From the human T2T-CHM13v2.0 reference genome, Homo sapiens, in NCBI RefSeq assembly GCF_009914755.1, contig NC_060948.1: a DNA stretch of 64,000 nt; one strand, written 5' to 3'. How positions within the stretch are numbered: the first letter of the stretch is position 1; every line of letters starts with the position of its first letter. The notes beneath the pieces were generated by a model, which worked only from the letters and a program-made list of their open reading frames with translations, searched no databases and had not been told where the DNA came from. Below, piece by piece: positions 13,847 to 28,094 of this stretch. Both the position numbers and the translations under genes were made by a program.

Positions 13847-16800
13847 GGCCTGGAATAAAGTGGAATGCTACGGTCTCGAATGGAATAAAAATGTATGGAA
13901 TGGAATGCAATGAAACGGAATCGAATGTCATAGAATGTAATGGAATGCAAAAAAATGGAATCCAAAATCATTGAATGGAAAGGCTGGGTGTCGAAAGGAA
14001 TTGACTGCAATGGAATGGAATCGAATGGAACGGAAGTGAATAGAATCGAACTAAATCGAATGGAATGGAATTGATAGGAACGGAATGGAAAGGAATGCAA
14101 TGATTTGGCATGGAATGGAATCGAATGGCATCGAATGGAATGGAATGGAATGCAATGGAATGGAATGTATTAGAATGTAATGAACATTAGTGGAATGTAC
14201 TCGAATGGATTCGACTGGAATGGAATGTTCTGGAAGTGAATGGACTCCAATGGAATGGATTCGAAAGGAATGGAATCGAACGGAATGGAATCTAATGGAA
14301 TGGAATTAAATGGAAATGAATCAAATTGAATAGCACGGAATTGAATTGAATGGAATCGAATGCAATGGAATCTAATGAAACGGAAAGGAAAGAATGGAAT
14401 GGAATAGAATGGGCTGGAATGGAAAGGAATCGAAACGAATGGAATGGAATCGAACTGAAGAGACTGGAATGGAATGCACTGGAATGGAAGGGAGTGTAAT
14501 GGAAGGTTCTCGAAAAAAATGGAATCGAATGGAATGGAATTGAATGGAACGGAATAGAGTCGAATGGAATTGAATGGAATGGAATGGACTAGAGTGAAAT
14601 GGAATCGAACCACAAGGAATGGACAGGAATAGAATGGTCTCGAATTGAATGGAATCGTATGGAATGGCATCAAACGGAATGGAATGGACAGCCACGGAAT
14701 GGAATGCACTCGAATGCAATGGAGTCGAAACTAATGGACTGGAATAGAATGGACTCGACTGGTACGGACTCCAATGGAATGGAATCGAATGGAAGGGATT
14801 CGAACGGAATGGACTCGAAGGGAAAAGACTGCAATGGAAAGGTCTCGAATGGAATGGAAATTAATGGAATGGAATGGAATCGAATGAAATGGAGTCAAAA
14901 GGAATGGAATCGAATGGCAAGAAATCGAATGTAATGGAATCGCAAGGAATTGATGTGAACGGAACGGAATGGAATGGAATCCAAAGGAATGGAATAGAAT
15001 GGAATGGAATCGAATGGAAAGGACTCGAATGGAAATCACTCGAATAGAATGCAATTTAATAAAATAGGATCAAATGTAATAGAATGGAATGGAAAGGAAT
15101 CGAAACGGAAGGAATGGAGACAGATGGAATGGAATGGAACAGAGAGCAATGGTATAGAATGGAATGGAATCATCTGGAATGGAATTGAATGGAATGGAAT
15201 AATATGAAATGGAATGGAATGGAATGGAATGGAATGCCCTTGAATTAAATGGACTGGACTCGAACAGAGTGGAATGGAAAGTGTTGAGATAGAATGGAAT
15301 GGACTCCTTTGGAATGGTGTAGTATGCAATGCAATCGACTGGCAGGGAATCAAAAGGAATGTAATCGAATGGATTGGACTGGAATGCAATGGACTCGAAT
15401 AGATTGCAAACGGAATGCAAAGGAATGGAATGGAATAGTATGGAATGCAATTGAAGGGAATGGAGTGGAATAGACTAGAGTGGAATGGAATGGACTGGAA
15501 AGCAATGGACTGGAATGGAACTTTCTTGGATGGATTGGAATCAAACGGAATGGAATGCAATGCAATCAAATGGCATGGAATAAAATAGAATGAAAGAGAA
15601 TCAAATGGAATTGAATCGAATGGAATCGAATGGATTGGAAAGGAATAGAATGGAATGGAATGGAATTGACTCAAATGGAATGGACTAGAATGGAATGGAT
15701 TCGAATGGAAGGCAAAGGAATGGAATCTATTGGAATGGACTGTAATGGAATGGAATGGAAGGGATTGGAATGGACTCGAATGGAATGGACTGCAATAGAA
15801 AGGATTCGAATGGAATGAAAAAGAATTGAATGGAATAGAACAGAATGGAATCAAATCGAATGAAATGGAATGGAATAGAAAGGAATGGAATGAAATGGAA
15901 TGGAAAGGATTCGAATGGAATGCAATCGAATGGAATGGAATCGAACGGAATGGAATAAAATGGAAGAAAACTGGCAAGAAATGGAATCGAAATGAATGGA
16001 GTGTTATGGAACGGACTCAAAAGGAATTGAATGTAATAGAATGGAGTGGAGTGGACTCGAATATAATGGACTGGAATGGAATGAAATCACATGGAATGGG
16101 AACGAATGGAATGGAATGGAAAGGAATGGAATCGAATGGAAAGGAATCGAATGGAAGGGAATGAAATTGAATCAACAGGAATGGAAGGGAATAGAATAGA
16201 CGGTAATGGAATGGACTCGAATAGAATGGACACGAATGCTCAAATTAAATGGACTCGAATGGAATGGAAAGGAAAGGAATGTCATCGAATGGAATTGAAT
16301 CGATTGGAATGAAATCGCATAGAATGGAGTGGAATCAAATGGAATTGAATCGAAAGGAAAGGAAGCGAATGGACTGAAATGAAATGGAATGGAATTGAAT
16401 GGAAAGTAATGCAATGGAATAGAATGGAACGAAATTTCACGGAATGGAATCAAACTGAATGGAATCAAATCAATGGAATCAAATCAAATGGAATGGAAAG
16501 GAATTGAATGGAGTAGATGGGATTGGATGGGATTGGAATGAAATGTACTGGAAAGGACTCGAATTTCATGAAACGGAATGGAATGAATTGGAACGGAATG
16601 GACTCGAATGTAATGGAATGTCATGGGATGGCATCAAATGGAATGGCATCAAATGGAATGGAATCGAATGCAATGGAATGCTATGGAATGGAATGGAATG
16701 CATTGGAATGGAATGTCCTCTAATGGAATGGATTCGAGTGGAATGGAATTGAATATAATGGAGTCGAATGAAATGGAATTGAAAGGAATGGGATCGAATA

Positions 16801-17394
16801 CAATGGAATATACTGGAATGTAACGTAATGAACTCGAATGTAATTGACTGGAATGGAATGTACATGAATGGAATGTAATCGAATGGAAAGTAATCCAATG
16901 GAATAGAATCTAATGCAATAAAATCGACTCAGATAGAGTAGAATGTAATGGAATGGAGTGCAGTGCAATGGAATGGAATGGAATGCAATGGAATGGAATG
17001 GAATGGAATGGAATGGAATGGAATGGAATGGGATGGAATGGTATGGAATGGATAGTAATGGACTGGAGTGAAATGGACTGGAAAGGAATGGACTCAAATT
17101 GAAAGGTCTCGAAAGGAATGGAGTCAAATGGAATGGTCTGGAATGGAATGAACACGAATGTAATGCAACCCAATAGAATGGAATCGAATGGCATGGAATA
17201 TAAAGAAATGGAATCGAAGAGAATGGAAACAAATGGAATGGAATTGAATGGAATGGAATTGAATGGAATGGGAACGAATGGAGTGAAATTGTATGCAGTA
17301 GAAGAGAATAGAATGGAGTGCAAGCGAAAGGAAAGGAATGGATTGGAATGGAATGGAATTCATTGGAATGGAAGGGAATGTAGTGTAATGGACA
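13847..17394 (+). repeat. DYZ1 monomer 5 (3548 bp)
   Basis: GGCC at 13847 and 17395. Confidence 0.92.
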
Positions 17395-20300
17395 GGCCTG
17401 GAATAAAGTGGAATGCTACGGTCTCCAATGGAATAAAAATGTATGGAATGGAATGCAATGAAACGGAATCGAATGTCATAGAATGTAATGGAATGCAAAA
17501 AAATGGAATCCAAAATCATTGACAGGAAAGGCTGGGTGTCGAAAGGAATTGACTCCATTGGAATGGAATCGAATGGAATGGAAGTGAATAGAATCGAACT
17601 AAATCGAATGGAATGGAATTGATAGGAACGGAATGGAAAGGAATGCAATGATTTGGCATGGAATGGAATCGAATGGCATCGAATGGAATGCAATGGAATG
17701 GAATGTATTAGAATGTAATGAACTTTAATGGAATGTACTCGAATGGATTCGACTGGAATGGAATGTTCTGGAAGTGAATGGACTCCAATGGAATGGATTC
17801 AAAAGGAATGGAATCGTACGGAATGGAATCTAATGGAATGGAATTAAATGGAAATGAATCAAATTGAATAGCACGGAATTGAATTGAATGGAATGGAATG
17901 CAATGGAATCTAATGAAACGGAAAGGAAAGGAATGGAATGGAATGGAATGGGCTGGAATGGAAAGGAATCGAAACGAATGGAATGGAATCGAAGTGAAGA
18001 GACTGCAATGGAATGCACTAGAATGGAAGGTTCTCGAAAAAAATGGAATCGAATGGAATGGAATTGAATGGAACGGAATAGTGTCGAATGCAGTTGAATG
18101 GAATGGAATGGACTAGAGTGAAATGGAATCGAACCACAAGGAATGGACAGGAATAGAATGGTCTCGAATTGAATGGAATCGTATGGAATGGCATCAAACG
18201 GAATGGAATGGACAGCCACGGAATGGAATGCACTCGAATGCAATGGAGTCGAAACTAATGGACTGGAATAGAATGGACTCGACTGGTACGGACTCCATTG
18301 GAATGGAATCGAATGGAAGGGAATCGAACGGAAGGGAATCGAACGGAATGGACTCGAAGGGAAAAGACTGCAATGGAAAGGTCTCGAATGGAATGGAAAT
18401 TAATGGAATGGAGTGGAATCGAATGAAATGGAGTCAAAAGGAATGGAATCGAATGGCAAGAAATCGAATGTAATGGAATCGCCAGGAATTGATGTGAACG
18501 GAACGGAATGGAATGGAATCCAAAGGAATGGAATAGAATGGAATGGAATCGAATGGAAAGGACTCGAATGGAAATCACTCGAATAGAATGCAATTTAATA
18601 AAATAGGATCAAATGTAATGGAATGGAATGGAAAGGAATCGAAAGAAAGGAATGGAGACAGATGGAATGGAATGGAACAGAGAACAATGGTATAGAATGG
18701 AATGGAATCATCTGGAATGGAATTGAATGGAATGGAATAATATGAAATGGAATGGAATGGAATGGAATGGAATGCCCTTGAATTAAATGGACTGGAATGG
18801 AATGGACTCAAACAGAGTGGAATGGAAAGTGTGGAGATAGAATGGAATGAACTCCTTTGGAATGGTGTAGTATGCAATGCAATCGACTGGCAGGGAATCA
18901 GAAGGAATGTAATCGAATGGATTGGACTGGAATGCAATGGACTCGAATAGATTGGAAACGGAATGCAAAGGAATGGAATGGAATAGTATGGAATGCAATG
19001 GAAGGGAATGGAGTGGAATAGACTAGAGTGGAATGGAATGGACTGGAAAGCAATGGACTGGAATGGAACTTTCTTGGATGGACTGGAATCAAACGGAATG
19101 GAATGCAATGCAATCAAATGGCATGGAATAAAATAGAATGAAAGAGAATCAAATGGAATTGAATCGAATGGAATCGAATGGATTGGAAAGGAATAGAATG
19201 GAATGGAATGGAATTGACTCAAATGGAATGGACTAGAATGGAATGGATTCGAATGGAAGGCAAAGGAATGGAATCTATTGGAATGGACTGTAATGGAATG
19301 GAATGGAAGGGATTGGAATGGACTCGAATGGAATGGACTGCAATAGAAAGGATTCGAATGGAATGAAAAAGAATTGAATGGAATAGAACAGAATGGAATC
19401 AAATCGAATGAAATGGAATGGAATAGAAAGGAATGGAATGAAATGGAATGGAAAGGATTCGAATGGAATGCAATCGAATGGAATGGAATCGAACGGAATG
19501 GAATAAAATGGAAGAAAACTGGCAAGAAATGGAATCGAAATGAATGGAGTGTTATGGAACGGACTCAAAAGGAATTGAATGTAATAGAATGGAGTGGAGT
19601 GGACTCGAATATAATGGACTGGAATGGAATGAAATCACATGGAATGGGAACGAATGGAATGGAATGGAAAGGAATGGAATCGAATGGAAAGGAATCGAAT
19701 GGAAGGGAATGAAATTGAATCAACAGGAATGGAAGGGAATAGAATAGACGGTAATGGAATGGACTCGAATAGAATGGACACGAATGCTCAAATTGAATGG
19801 ACTCGAAAGGAATGGAAAGGAAAGGAATGTCATCGAATGGAATTGAATCGATTGGAATGAAATCGCATAGAATGGAGTGGAATCAAATGGAATTGAATCG
19901 AAAGGAAAGGAAGCGAATGGACTGAAATGAAATGGAATGGAATTGAATGGAAAGTAATGCAATGGAATAGAATGGAACGAAATTTCACGGAATGGAATCA
20001 AACTGAATGGAATCAAATCAATGGAATCAAATCAAATGGAATGGAAAGGAATTGAATGGAGTAGATGGGATTGGATGGGATTGGAATGAAATGTACTGGA
20101 AAGGACTCGAATTTCATGAAACGGAATGGAATGAATTGGAACGGAATGGACTCGAATGGAATGGAATGTCATGGGATGGCATCAAATGGAATGACATCAA
20201 ATGGAATGGAATCGAATGCAATGGAATGCTATGGAATGGAATGGAATGCATTGGAATGGAATGTCCTCTAATGGAATGGATTCGAGTGGAATGGAATCGA

Positions 20301-20952
20301 ATATAATGGAGTCGAATGAAATGGAATTGAAAGGAATGGGATCGAATACAATGGAATATACTGGAATGTAACGTAATGAACTCGAATGTAATTGACTGGA
20401 ATGGAATGTACATGAATGGAATGTAATCGAATGGAAAGTAATCCAATGGAATAGAATCTAATGCAATAAAATCGACTCAGATAGAGTAGAATGTAATGGA
20501 ATGGAGTGCAGTGCAATGGAATGGAATGGAATGGAATGCAATGGAATGGAATGGAATGGAATGGAATGGAATGGAATGGAATGGAATGGAATGGAATGGA
20601 ATGGGATGGAATGGTATGGAATGGATAGTAATGGACTGGAGTGAAATGGACTGGAAAGGAATGGACTCAAATTGAAAGGGCTCGAAAGGAATGGAGTCAA
20701 ATGGAATGGTCTGGAATGGAATGAACACGAATGTAATGCAACCCAATAGAATGGAATCGAATGGCATGGAATATAAAGAAATGGAATCGAAGAGAACGGA
20801 AACAAATGGAATGGAATTGAATGGAATGGGAACGAATGGAGTGAAATTGTATGCAGTAGAAGAGAATAGAATGGAATGCAAGCGAAAGGAAAGGAATGGA
20901 TTGGAATGGAATGGAATTCATTGGAATGGAAGGGAATGTAGTGTAATGGACA
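17395..20952 (+). repeat. DYZ1 monomer 6 (3558 bp)
   Basis: GGCC at 17395 and 20953. Confidence 0.92.
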
Positions 20953-23900
20953 GGCCTGGAATAAAGTGGAATGCTACGGTCTCGAATGGAATAAAAATGT
21001 ATGGAATGGAATGCAATGAAACGGAATCGAATGTCATAGAATGTAATGGAATGCAAAAAAATGGAATCCAAAATCATTGACTGGAAAGGCTGGGTGTCGA
21101 AAGGAATTGACTCCAATGGAATGGAATCGAATGGAATGGAAGTGAATAGAATCGAACTAAATCAAATGGAATGGAATTGATAGGAACGGAATGGAAAGGA
21201 ATGCAATGATTTGGCATGGAATGGAATCGAATGGCATCGAATGGAATGGAATGGAATGCAATGGAATGGAATGTATTAGAATGTAATGAACTTTAATGGA
21301 ATGTACTCGAATGGATTCGACTGGAATGGAATGTTCTGGAAGTGAATGTACTCCAATGGAATGGATTCCAAAGGAATGGAATCGTACGGAATGGAATCTA
21401 ATGGAATGGAATTAAATGGAAATGAATCAAATTGAATAGCACGGAATTGAATTGAATGGAATGGAATGCAATGGAATCTAATGAAACGGAAAGGAAAGGA
21501 ATGGAATGGAATGGAATGGGCTGGAATGGAAAGGAATCGAAACGAATGGAATGGAATCGAAGTGAAGAGACTGCAATGGAATGCACTGGAATGGAAGGTT
21601 CTCGAAATAAATGGAATCGAATGGAATGGAATTGAATGGAACGGAATAGTGTCGAATGGAATTGAATGGAATGGAATGGACTAGAGTGAAATGGAATCGA
21701 ACCACAAGGAATGGACAGGAATAGAATGGTCTCAAATTGAATGGAATCGTATGGAATGGCATCAAACAGAATGGAATGGACAGCCACGGAATGGAATGCA
21801 CTAGAATGCAATGGAGTCGAAACTAACGGAATGGAATAGAATGGACTCGACTGGTACGGACTCCAATGGAATGGAATCGAATGGAAGGGAATCGAACGGA
21901 AGGGAATCGAACGGAATGGACTCGAAGGGAAAAGACTGCAATGGAAAGGTCTCGAATGGAATGGAAATTAATGGAATGGAATGGAATCGAATGAAATGGA
22001 GTCAAAAGGAATGGAATCGAATGGCAAGAAATCGAATGTAATGGAATCGCAAGGAATTGATGTGAACGGAACGGAATGGAATGGAATCCAAAGGAATGGA
22101 ATAGAATGGAATGGAATCGAATGGAAAGGACTCGAATGGAAATCACTCGAATAGAATGCAATTTAATAAAATAGGATCAAATGTAATGGTATGGAATGGA
22201 AAGGAATCGAAACGAAAGGAATGGAGACAGATGGAATGGAATGGAACAGAGAGCAATGGTATAGAATGGAATGGAATCATCTGGAATGGAATTGAATGGA
22301 ATGGAATAATATGAAATGGAATGGAATGGAATGGAATGGAATGCCCTTGAATTAAATGGACTGGAATGGAATGGACTCGAACAGAGTGGAATGGAAAGTG
22401 TTGAGATAGAATGGAATGGACTCCTTTGGAATGGTGTAGTATGCAATGCAATCGACTGGCAGGGAATCAAAAGGAATGTAATCGAATGGATTGGACTGGA
22501 ATGCAATGGACTCGAATAGATTGGAAACGGAATGCAAAGAATGGAATGGAATAGTATGGAATGGAATGGAAAGGAATGGAGTGGAATAGACTAGAGTGGA
22601 ATGGAATGGACTGGAAAGCAACGGACTGGAATGGAACTTTCTTGAATGGACTGGAATCAAACGGAATGGAATGCAATGCAATCAAATGGCATGGAATAAA
22701 ATAGAATGAAAGAGAATCAAATGGAATTGAATCGAATGGAATCGAATGGATTGGAAAGGAATAGAATGGAATGGAATGGAATTGACTCAAATGGAATGGA
22801 CTAGAATGGAATGGATTCGAATGGAAGGCAAAGGAATGGAATCTATTGGAATGGACTGTAATGGAATGGAATGGAAGGGATTGGAATGGACTCGAATGGA
22901 ATGGACTTCAATAGAAAGGATTCGAATGGAATGAAAAAGAATTGAATGGAATAGAACAGAATGGAATCAAATCGAATGAAATGGAATGGAATAGAAAGGA
23001 ATGGCATGAAATGGAATGGAAAGGATTCGAATGGAATGCAATCGAATGGAATGGAATCGAACGGAATGGAATAAAATGGAAGAAAACTGGCAAGAAATGG
23101 AATCGAAATGAATGGAGTGTTATGGAACGGACTCAAAAGGAATTGAATGTAATAGAATGGAGTGGAGTGGACTCGAATATAATGGACTGGAATGGAATGA
23201 AATCACATGGAATGGGAACGAATGGAATGGAATGGAAAGGAATGGAATCGAATGGAAAGGAATCGAATGGAAGGGAATGAAATTGAATCAACAGGAATGG
23301 AAGGGAATAGAATAGACGGTAATGGAATGGACTCGAATAGAATGGACACGAATGCTCAAATTAAATGGACTCGAATGGAATGGAAACGAAAGGAATGTCA
23401 TCGAATGGAATTGAATCGATTGGAATGAAATCGCATAGAATGGAGTGGAATCAAATGGAATTGAATCGAAAGGAAAGGAAGCGAATGGACTGAAATGAAA
23501 TGGAATGGAATTGAATGGAAAGTAATGCAATGGAATAGAATGGAACGAAATTTCACGGAATGGAATCAAACTGAATGGAATCAAATCAATGGAATCAAAT
23601 CAAATGGAATGGAAAGGAATTGAATGGAGTAGATGGGATTGGATGGGATTGGAATGAAATGTACTGGAAAGGACTCGAATTTCATGAAACGGAATGGAAT
23701 GAATTGGAACGGAATGGACTCGAATGGAATGGAATGTCATGGAATGGCATCAAATGGAATGGCATCAAATGGAATGGAATCGAATGCAATGGAATGCTAT
23801 GGAATGGAATGGAATGCATTGGAATGGAATGTCCTCTAATGGAATGGATTCGAGTGGAATGGAATCAAATATAATGGAGTCGAATGAAATGGAATTGAAA

Positions 23901-24520
23901 GGAATGGGATCGAATACAATGGAATATACTGGAATGTAATGTAATGAACTCGAATGTAATTGACTGGAATGGAATGTACATGAATGGAATGTAATCGAAT
24001 GGAAAGTAATCCAATGGAATAGAATCTAATGCAATAAAATCGACTCAGATAGAGTAGAATGTAATGGAATGGAGTGCAGTGCAATGGAATGGAATGGAAT
24101 GGAATGCAATGGAATGGAATGGAATGGAATGGAATGGAATGGAATGGAATGGGATGGGATGGAATGGTATGGAATGGATAGTAATGGACTGGAGTGAAAT
24201 GGACTGGAAAGGAATGGACTCAAATTGAAAGGGCTCGAAAGGAATGGAGTCAAATGGAATGGTCTGGAATGGAATGAACACGAATGTAATGCAATCCAAT
24301 AGAGTGGAATCGAATGGCATGGAATATAAAGAAATGGAATCGAAGAGAATGGAAACAAATGGAATGGAATTGAATGGAATGGAATTGAATGGAATGGGAA
24401 CGAATGGAGTGAAATTGTATGCAGTAGAAGGGAATAGAATGGAATGCAAGCGAAAGGAAAGGAATGGATTGGAATGGAATGGAATTCATTGGAATGGAAG
24501 GGAATGTAGTGTAATGGACA
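20953..24520 (+). repeat. DYZ1 monomer 7 (3568 bp)
   Basis: GGCC at 20953 and 24521. Confidence 0.92.
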
Positions 24521-27500
24521 GGCCTGGAATAAAGTGGAATGCTACGGTCTCGAATGGAATAAAAATGTATGGAATGGAATGCAATGAAACGGAATCGAAT
24601 GTCATAGAATGTAATGGAATGCAAAAAAATGGAATCCAAAATCATTGACTGGAAAGGCTGGGTGTCGAAAGGAATTGACTCCAATGGAATGGAATCGAAT
24701 GGAATGGAAGTGAATAGAATCGAACTAAATCGAATGGAATGGAATTGATAGGAACGGAATGGAAAGGAATGCAATGAATTGGCATGGAATGGAATCGAAT
24801 GGCATCGAATGGAATGGAATGGAATGCAATGGAATGGAATGTATTAGAATGTAATGAACATTAATGGAATGTACTCGAATGGATTCGACTGGAATGGAAT
24901 GTTCTGGAAGTGAATGGACTCCAAAGGAATGGATTCAAAAGGAATGGAATCGTACGGAATGGAATCTAATGGAATGGAATTAAATGGAAATGAATCAAAT
25001 TGAATAGCACGGAATTGAATTGAATGGAATGGAATGCAATGGAATCTAATGAAACGGAAAGGAAAGGAATGGAATGGAATGGAATGGGCTGGAATGGAAA
25101 GGAATCGAAACGAATGGAATGGAATCGAACTGAAGAGACTGGAATGGAATGCACTGGAATGGAAGGGAGTGTAATGGAAGGTTCTCGAAAAAAATGGAAT
25201 CGAATGGAATGCAATTGAATGGAACGGAATAGAGTCGAATGCAATTGAATGGAATGGAATGGACTAGAGTGAAATGGAATCGAACCACAAGGAATGGACA
25301 GGAATAGAATGGTCTCGAATTGAATGGAATCGTACGGAATGGCATCAAACGGAATGGAATGGACAGCCACGGAATGGAATGCACTCGAATGCAATGGAGT
25401 CGAAACTAATGGACTGGAATAGAATGGACTCGACTGGTACGGACTCCAATGGAATGGAATCGAATGGAAGGGAATCGAACGGAAGGGAATCGAATGGAAT
25501 GGACTCGGAGGGAAAAGACTGCAATGGAAAGGTCTCGAATGGAATGGAAATTAATGGAATGGAATGGAATCGAATGAAATGGAGGCAAAAGGAATGGAAT
25601 CGAATGGCAAGAAATCGAATGTAATGGAATCGCAAGGAATTGATGTGAACGGAACGGAATGGAATGGAATCCAAAGGAATGGAATAGAATGGAATGGAAT
25701 CGAATGGAAAGGACTCGAATGGAAATCACTCGAATAGAATGCAATTTAATAAAATAGGATCAAATGTAATGGAATGGAATGGAAAGGAATCGAAACGAAA
25801 GGAATGGAGACAGATGGAATGGAATGGAACAGAGAGCAATGGTATAGAACGGAATGGAATCATCTGGAATGGAATTGAATGGAATGGAATAATATGAAAT
25901 GGAAAAGAATGAAATGGAATGCCCTTGAATTAAATGGACTACAATGGAATGGACTCGAACAGAGTGGAATGGAAAGTGTTGAAATAGAATGGAATTGACT
26001 CGTTTGGAATGGTCTAGTATGCAATGCAATCGACTGGCAGGGAATCAAAAGGAATGTAATCGAGTGGATTGGACTGGAATGCAATGGACTCGAATAGATT
26101 GGAAACGGAATGCAAAGGAATGGAATGGAATAGTATGGAATGGAATGGAAAGGAATGGAGTGGAATAGACTAGAGTGGAATGGAATGGACTCGAAAGCAA
26201 TGGACTGGAATGGAACTTTCTTGAATGGACTGGAACCAAACGGAATGGAATGCAATGCAATCAAATGGCATGGAATAAGATAGAATGAAAGAGAATCAAA
26301 TGGAATTGAATCGAATGGAATCGAATGGATTGGAAAGGAATAGAATGGAATGGAATGGAATTGACTCAAATGGAATGGACTAGAATGGAATGGATTCGAA
26401 TGGAAGGCAAAGGAATGGAATCTATCGGAATGGACTGTAATGGAATGGAATGGAAGGGATTGGAATGGATTCGAATGGAATGGACTACAATAGAAAGGAT
26501 TCGAATGGAATGAAAAAGAATTGAATGGAATAGAACAGAATGGAATCAAATCGAATGAAATGGAATGGAATAGAAAGGAATGGAATGAAATGGAATGGAA
26601 AGGATTCGAATGGAATGCAATCGAATGGAATGTAATCGAACGGAATGGAATAAAATGGAAGAAAACTGGCAAGAAATGGAATCGAAATGAATGGAGTGTT
26701 TTGGAACGGACTCAAAAGCAATTGAATGTAATAGAATGGAGTGGAGTGGACTCGAATATAATTGACTGGAATTGAATGAAATCACATGGAATGGGAACGA
26801 ATGGAATGGAATGGAAAGGAATGGAATCGAATGGAAAGCAATCGAATGGAAGGGAATGAAATTGAATCAACAGGAATGGAAGGGAATAGAATAGACGGTA
26901 ATGGAATGGACTCGAATAGAATGGACACGAATGCTCAAATTGAATGGACTCGAATGGAATGGAAACGAAAGGAATGTCATCGAATGGAATTGAATCGATT
27001 GGAATGAAATCGCATAGAATGGAGTGGAATCAAATGGAATTGAATCGAAAGCAAAGGAAGCGAATGGACTGAAATGAAATGGAATGGAATTGAATGGAAA
27101 GTAATGCAATGGAATAGAATGGAACGAAATTTCACGGAATGGAATCAAACTGAATGGAATCAAATCAATGGAATATAATCAAATGGAATGGAAAGGAATT
27201 GAATGGAGTAGATTGGATTGGATGGGATTGGAATGAAATGTACTGGAAAGGACTCGAATTTCATGAAACGGAATGGAATGAATTGGAACGGAATGGACTC
27301 GAATGGAATGGAATGTCATGGAATGGCATCAAAGGGAATGGCATCAAATGGAATGGAATCGAATGCAATGGAATGTTATGGAATGGAATGGAATGCATTG
27401 GAATGGAATGTCCTCTAATGGAATGGATTCGAGTGGAATGGAATCGAATATAATGGAGTCGAATGAAATGGAATTGAAAGGAATGGGATCGAATAGAATG

Positions 27501-28094
27501 GAATATACTGGAATGTAACGTAATGAACTCGAATGTAATTGACTGGAATGGAATGTACATGAATGGAATGTAATCGAATGGAAAGTAATCCAATGGAATA
27601 GAATCTAATGCAATAAAACCGACTCAGATAGAGTAGAATGTAATGGAATGGAGTGCAGTGCAATGAAATGGAATGGAATTGAATGCAATGGAATGGAATG
27701 GAATGGAATGGAATGGAATGGAATGGAATGGGATGGAATGGTATGGAATGGATAGTAATGGACTGGAGTGAAATGGACTGGAAAGGAATGGACTCAAATT
27801 GAAAGGGCTCGAAAGGAATGGAGTCAAATGGAATGGTCTGGAATGGAATGAACACGAATGTAATGCAATCCAATAGAATGGAATCGAATGGCATGGAATA
27901 TAAAGAAATGGAATCGAAGAGAATGGAAACAAATGGAATGGAATTGAATGGAATGGAATTGAATGGAATGGGAACGAATGGAGTGAAATTGTATGCAGTA
28001 GAAGGGAATAGAATGGAATGCAAGCGAAAGGAAAGGAATGGATTGGAATGGAGTGGAATTCATTGGAATGGAAGGGAATGTAGTGTAATGGACA
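24521..28094 (+). repeat. DYZ1 monomer 8 (3574 bp; substitution-rich)
   Basis: GGCC at 24521 and 28095. Confidence 0.92.
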
